From NCBI GenBank assembly GCA_000165345.1, contig CM000431.1, positions 576,001 through 640,000 on the forward strand: DNA of 64,000 nucleotides, read 5' to 3'. Positions 61,457 through 64,000 of the stretch are shown here, piece after piece (the stretch's first letter is position 1; every line of letters starts with the position of its first letter). The notes under the pieces were generated by a model. The model worked only from the letters and a program-made list of their open reading frames with translations, was not told where the DNA came from and did not search any database. Position numbers and translations under genes: made by a program.

Positions 61457-61465
61457 TTGGCGCCA
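61457..61465. promoter_or_regulatory. E2F-like GC box TTGGCGCCA in the divergent RPS18/GYF spacer
   Basis: Palindromic GGCGCC core in an otherwise >75% AT spacer. Matches the TGGCGCCA-type motif reported upstream of many Cryptosporidium genes. Confidence 0.4.
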
Positions 61466-61683
61466 TCCTCAAAATTATAAATTATGAACATGCTTAAGTG
61501 GCATGTACTTTACTTGGATGAAGAAAAACATTATATTGTTAAAATTCGGCTTATACTTATTTGGGGTACTATGTTAGCCTACCTTCTTATTAACTTGCTT
61601 TAAATCTTAAGTTATTTGATTCCAATAAAATTTTTAGTCGCGTCATTGTTATAAAATAAATAAATCTATAAATTATTATTAAA

Positions 61684-63213
61684 ATGGATCAAGAATTAGG
61701 GTTATCAAGTGGTACAAATACACATCATATTGAGCTATCAATTTATTTAGGATCCATAAGTGTTACAATTAGTGATGATAATCAAGTTAATTGTAGGTTT
61801 TTCTCACTTACAGTTGATATTGAACCATCATTTAATTTAGAAAACAGTTTACAGGAAATTAATACACAAACACAGAACATTTTTGATTATAATGATTCAG
61901 AGATAGATGATTGTGAGAAAACTCAGTTTTGTACTAGTTGGTATGAAATAACAGATGCTCCATTACATGCAACCTATGGTATATTTTCTAGTGAAATTAA
62001 TGGCATTATTAAAGAGTGCAATATAAACCAAGATATATATTTAAATCTGAAGTTGCCTATATGGGTTTCAAATATGGCAAAACAATTTTATAATGCATAC
62101 AACCAAATTGGCTTTGAAAACTTTCTATTAACAGTTCTTCAGTTAAGAATCACAATCTGGGCTACAAAAAATTCAACTATTGAATCAGCTGAAATATTTG
62201 AAGTTGGTGAAACAATTATCAAAGTTTCTGAGGATCACATATTATCAAAAAATTCATTTTATTTTATACATAGAATTCCTGAGCATGACGCTTTTGCTAT
62301 TAAGGAATATTCTGGAAACGACAAAGAATACACAATTGGTATTCTTAAATGTTTTTTTAACTCCAGGCCCGTAATAATAAAAAACATTAATAATAATTTA
62401 ATAGATATTTGTAAAAATAACGCAACACCTTGCGATTTTTCAAAAGAAAATTTTGAATTAATTCAGAAATTGCGAATTAGTCAAGAAAATGTTCGAATGC
62501 AGCTTCATGATATTGTTCCTTTGAAATGGGAATATTTAGATGATAATAATGTAATCAGAGGGCCATATAATAGCATTGTTATGATGAGTTGGATAGTAAA
62601 AGGGTACTTTGGAGAAAATAGCAAATTACGTTTATTTGATTTTGGTCAAGAGTGCAAAATTGAAAGTACTACTCCAAGATGTTTACAAAAGTTTCAACCT
62701 TTGAGCAATTACCTATCTTTGATTAAATCAGATGTGTCTAGAATATTTAGATGCTCACCTAATGATTTAATAAACATTGGCTTAATAGTTAAAGAGCCTA
62801 ATCATGAAAACATGAATTTACATACTGTGGAAATGACTAATAAATCAAGTGCACGAGAAGAAAATGCAAGATTTATTCACAAATCCCAGGAAAGCAAAAG
62901 AATTGAAATTGAAAACGCAGTAAATATGCTGAAAACCCAATTTTCACATATTGAAAAAGAATTTCAAAATAAGTTTAGAAGAAAAGTGCAAAATAAAAGT
63001 ATGGATAACAATTTTTCCTTGGAAGCAACAAATATAAGTAAGGACGAGTTTATAAAATTTGCAACAAAAAATGTATTTAGACAAAAAAATAATGCTTTAT
63101 TCAAAAAATGGTGCGCAGAATATGGGCCTGAATTAGTGTTAGAAGCATGCGCAATTAGGATTCAAACCGCATTTCGCAAATACATTAAAAGAAGATATTT
63201 AAATGTAAAATGA
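61684..63213 (+). CDS. GYF-domain protein with a C-terminal IQ motif
   Basis: GYF signature WEYLDDNNVIRGPYNSIVMMSWIVKGYFGEN; IQ-like IRIQTAFRKYIKRR near the C-terminus. Confidence 0.55.
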   Translation: MDQELGLSSGTNTHHIELSIYLGSISVTISDDNQVNCRFFSLTVDIEPSFNLENSLQEINTQTQNIFDYNDSEIDDCEKTQFCTSWYEITDAPLHATYGIFSSEINGIIKECNINQDIYLNLKLPIWVSNMAKQFYNAYNQIGFENFLLTVLQLRITIWATKNSTIESAEIFEVGETIIKVSEDHILSKNSFYFIHRIPEHDAFAIKEYSGNDKEYTIGILKCFFNSRPVIIKNINNNLIDICKNNATPCDFSKENFELIQKLRISQENVRMQLHDIVPLKWEYLDDNNVIRGPYNSIVMMSWIVKGYFGENSKLRLFDFGQECKIESTTPRCLQKFQPLSNYLSLIKSDVSRIFRCSPNDLINIGLIVKEPNHENMNLHTVEMTNKSSAREENARFIHKSQESKRIEIENAVNMLKTQFSHIEKEFQNKFRRKVQNKSMDNNFSLEATNISKDEFIKFATKNVFRQKNNALFKKWCAEYGPELVLEACAIRIQTAFRKYIKRRYLNVK

Positions 63214-63249
63214 GAATTACATCATATATTTAAAAAATTGTGCCTAATA

Positions 63250-64000
63250 ATGAATACTATTCGACCGAATTATGGATTTATCAACTCAAGCTTTTCAAAG
63301 ACATGTATACAAAGCGTATTTAGAACAAGTAGGGGGATATGTAAAATGAACTTTAAACACTATATTAAGTTGTATAGAATTAACAACCCCACGGGATTTT
63401 GGCTTCTCTTTATTCCTACTTTTGGGAGCTTGACCCTTGCATCTAACTCATTGCTACCAAAAGCGAACATTACCGCATTGTTTGCACTTGGGTCAGTAGC
63501 TTCTAGGAGCGCAGGATGCGTAATAAATGATTTGGCAGATCGCCAATTTGATTCAAAGGTTGTTTTCCATACTTTCTTTATTCATTATCATCTGCTTTCA
63601 GGTTGAGAGAACAAAGAATAGACCGCTTGCTAACGGAGAAATGGCTTTTACCAAAGGTAAATTACACAAGTTTGGTTTTACTATTTTCATTCTAGTTTAG
63701 CGCTAATTGCTCTCATTGGGTCTTCTACAACTTCAGCGATTGTTTTGTCTAGACTTAACAGATACACAATTTATTTAGGTATTCCTTCTGTATTCTTAAT
63801 AGCAGCATACCCTTTTATGAAAAGGATAACGCATTACCCCCAGCTATTTCTAGGTTTTACATTTAATTGGGGCGTATTGCTTGCTTGGACCTCTATATAT
63901 GGTTGTATTAACCCATATCGGAGCTCGTGGTTATGTCCGATTTCATATTACCTTTCTTCTGTTTGTTGGAGCGTACATTATGATACAATCTATGCGCATC
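63250..64000 (+). CDS. COQ2: 4-hydroxybenzoate polyprenyltransferase (COQ2, UbiA family), partial; exons 63250..63558, 63602..63656, 63701..>64000; introns 43 and 44 nt
   Basis: NPTGFWLLFIPTFGS...SRSAGCVINDLADRQFDSK|VERTKNRPLANGEMAFTK|ALIALIG...YPFMKRITHYPQLFLGFTFNWGVLLAW...YDTIYAH matches UbiA/COQ2 motifs (NDxxDxxxD, RPLxxG, YDTIYAHQD). Donors AAG|GTTGTT and G|GTAAAT; acceptors CTGCTTTCAG| and CTAGTTTAG|. Continues beyond the window. First ATG at 63250; the track starts at a TTG at 63238. Confidence 0.75.

Overview
Eukaryotic nuclear DNA of about 30% GC. It is extremely gene-dense and most consistent with an apicomplexan of the Cryptosporidium type: a giant intronless type I FAS/PKS megasynthase ending in a thioester reductase, a short-type RPA1, tiny introns and very short spacers. 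Positions 1-18138 are the 3' part of one uninterrupted megasynthase ORF whose 5' end lies outside the window. Its domain order here is ER-KR-ACP | KS-AT-DH-ER-KR-ACP | KS-AT-DH-ER-KR-ACP | reductase plus a C-terminal tail. The three ER segments are near-identical at nucleotide level; the ER+KR segments of the last two modules are identical. The remaining 46 kb holds about 30 housekeeping genes on both strands (listed in features). At least eleven genes are interrupted by very small introns (41-57 nt, mostly GTAAGT...YAG). Several therefore appear in the six-frame track only as fragments. Two are missing from it altogether (SF3B6, RRP15). Exon models were rebuilt by eye from homology and splice signals. 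No rRNA, tRNA, CRISPR or mobile element was recognised. Recurrent GGCGC/GCGCG boxes in the AT-rich spacers look like E2F-type promoter elements. All domain and family calls rest on motif recognition and recalled homolog sequences, without database searches. The ORF track uses alternative start codons, so starts were re-set to the first plausible ATG where homology supported it.
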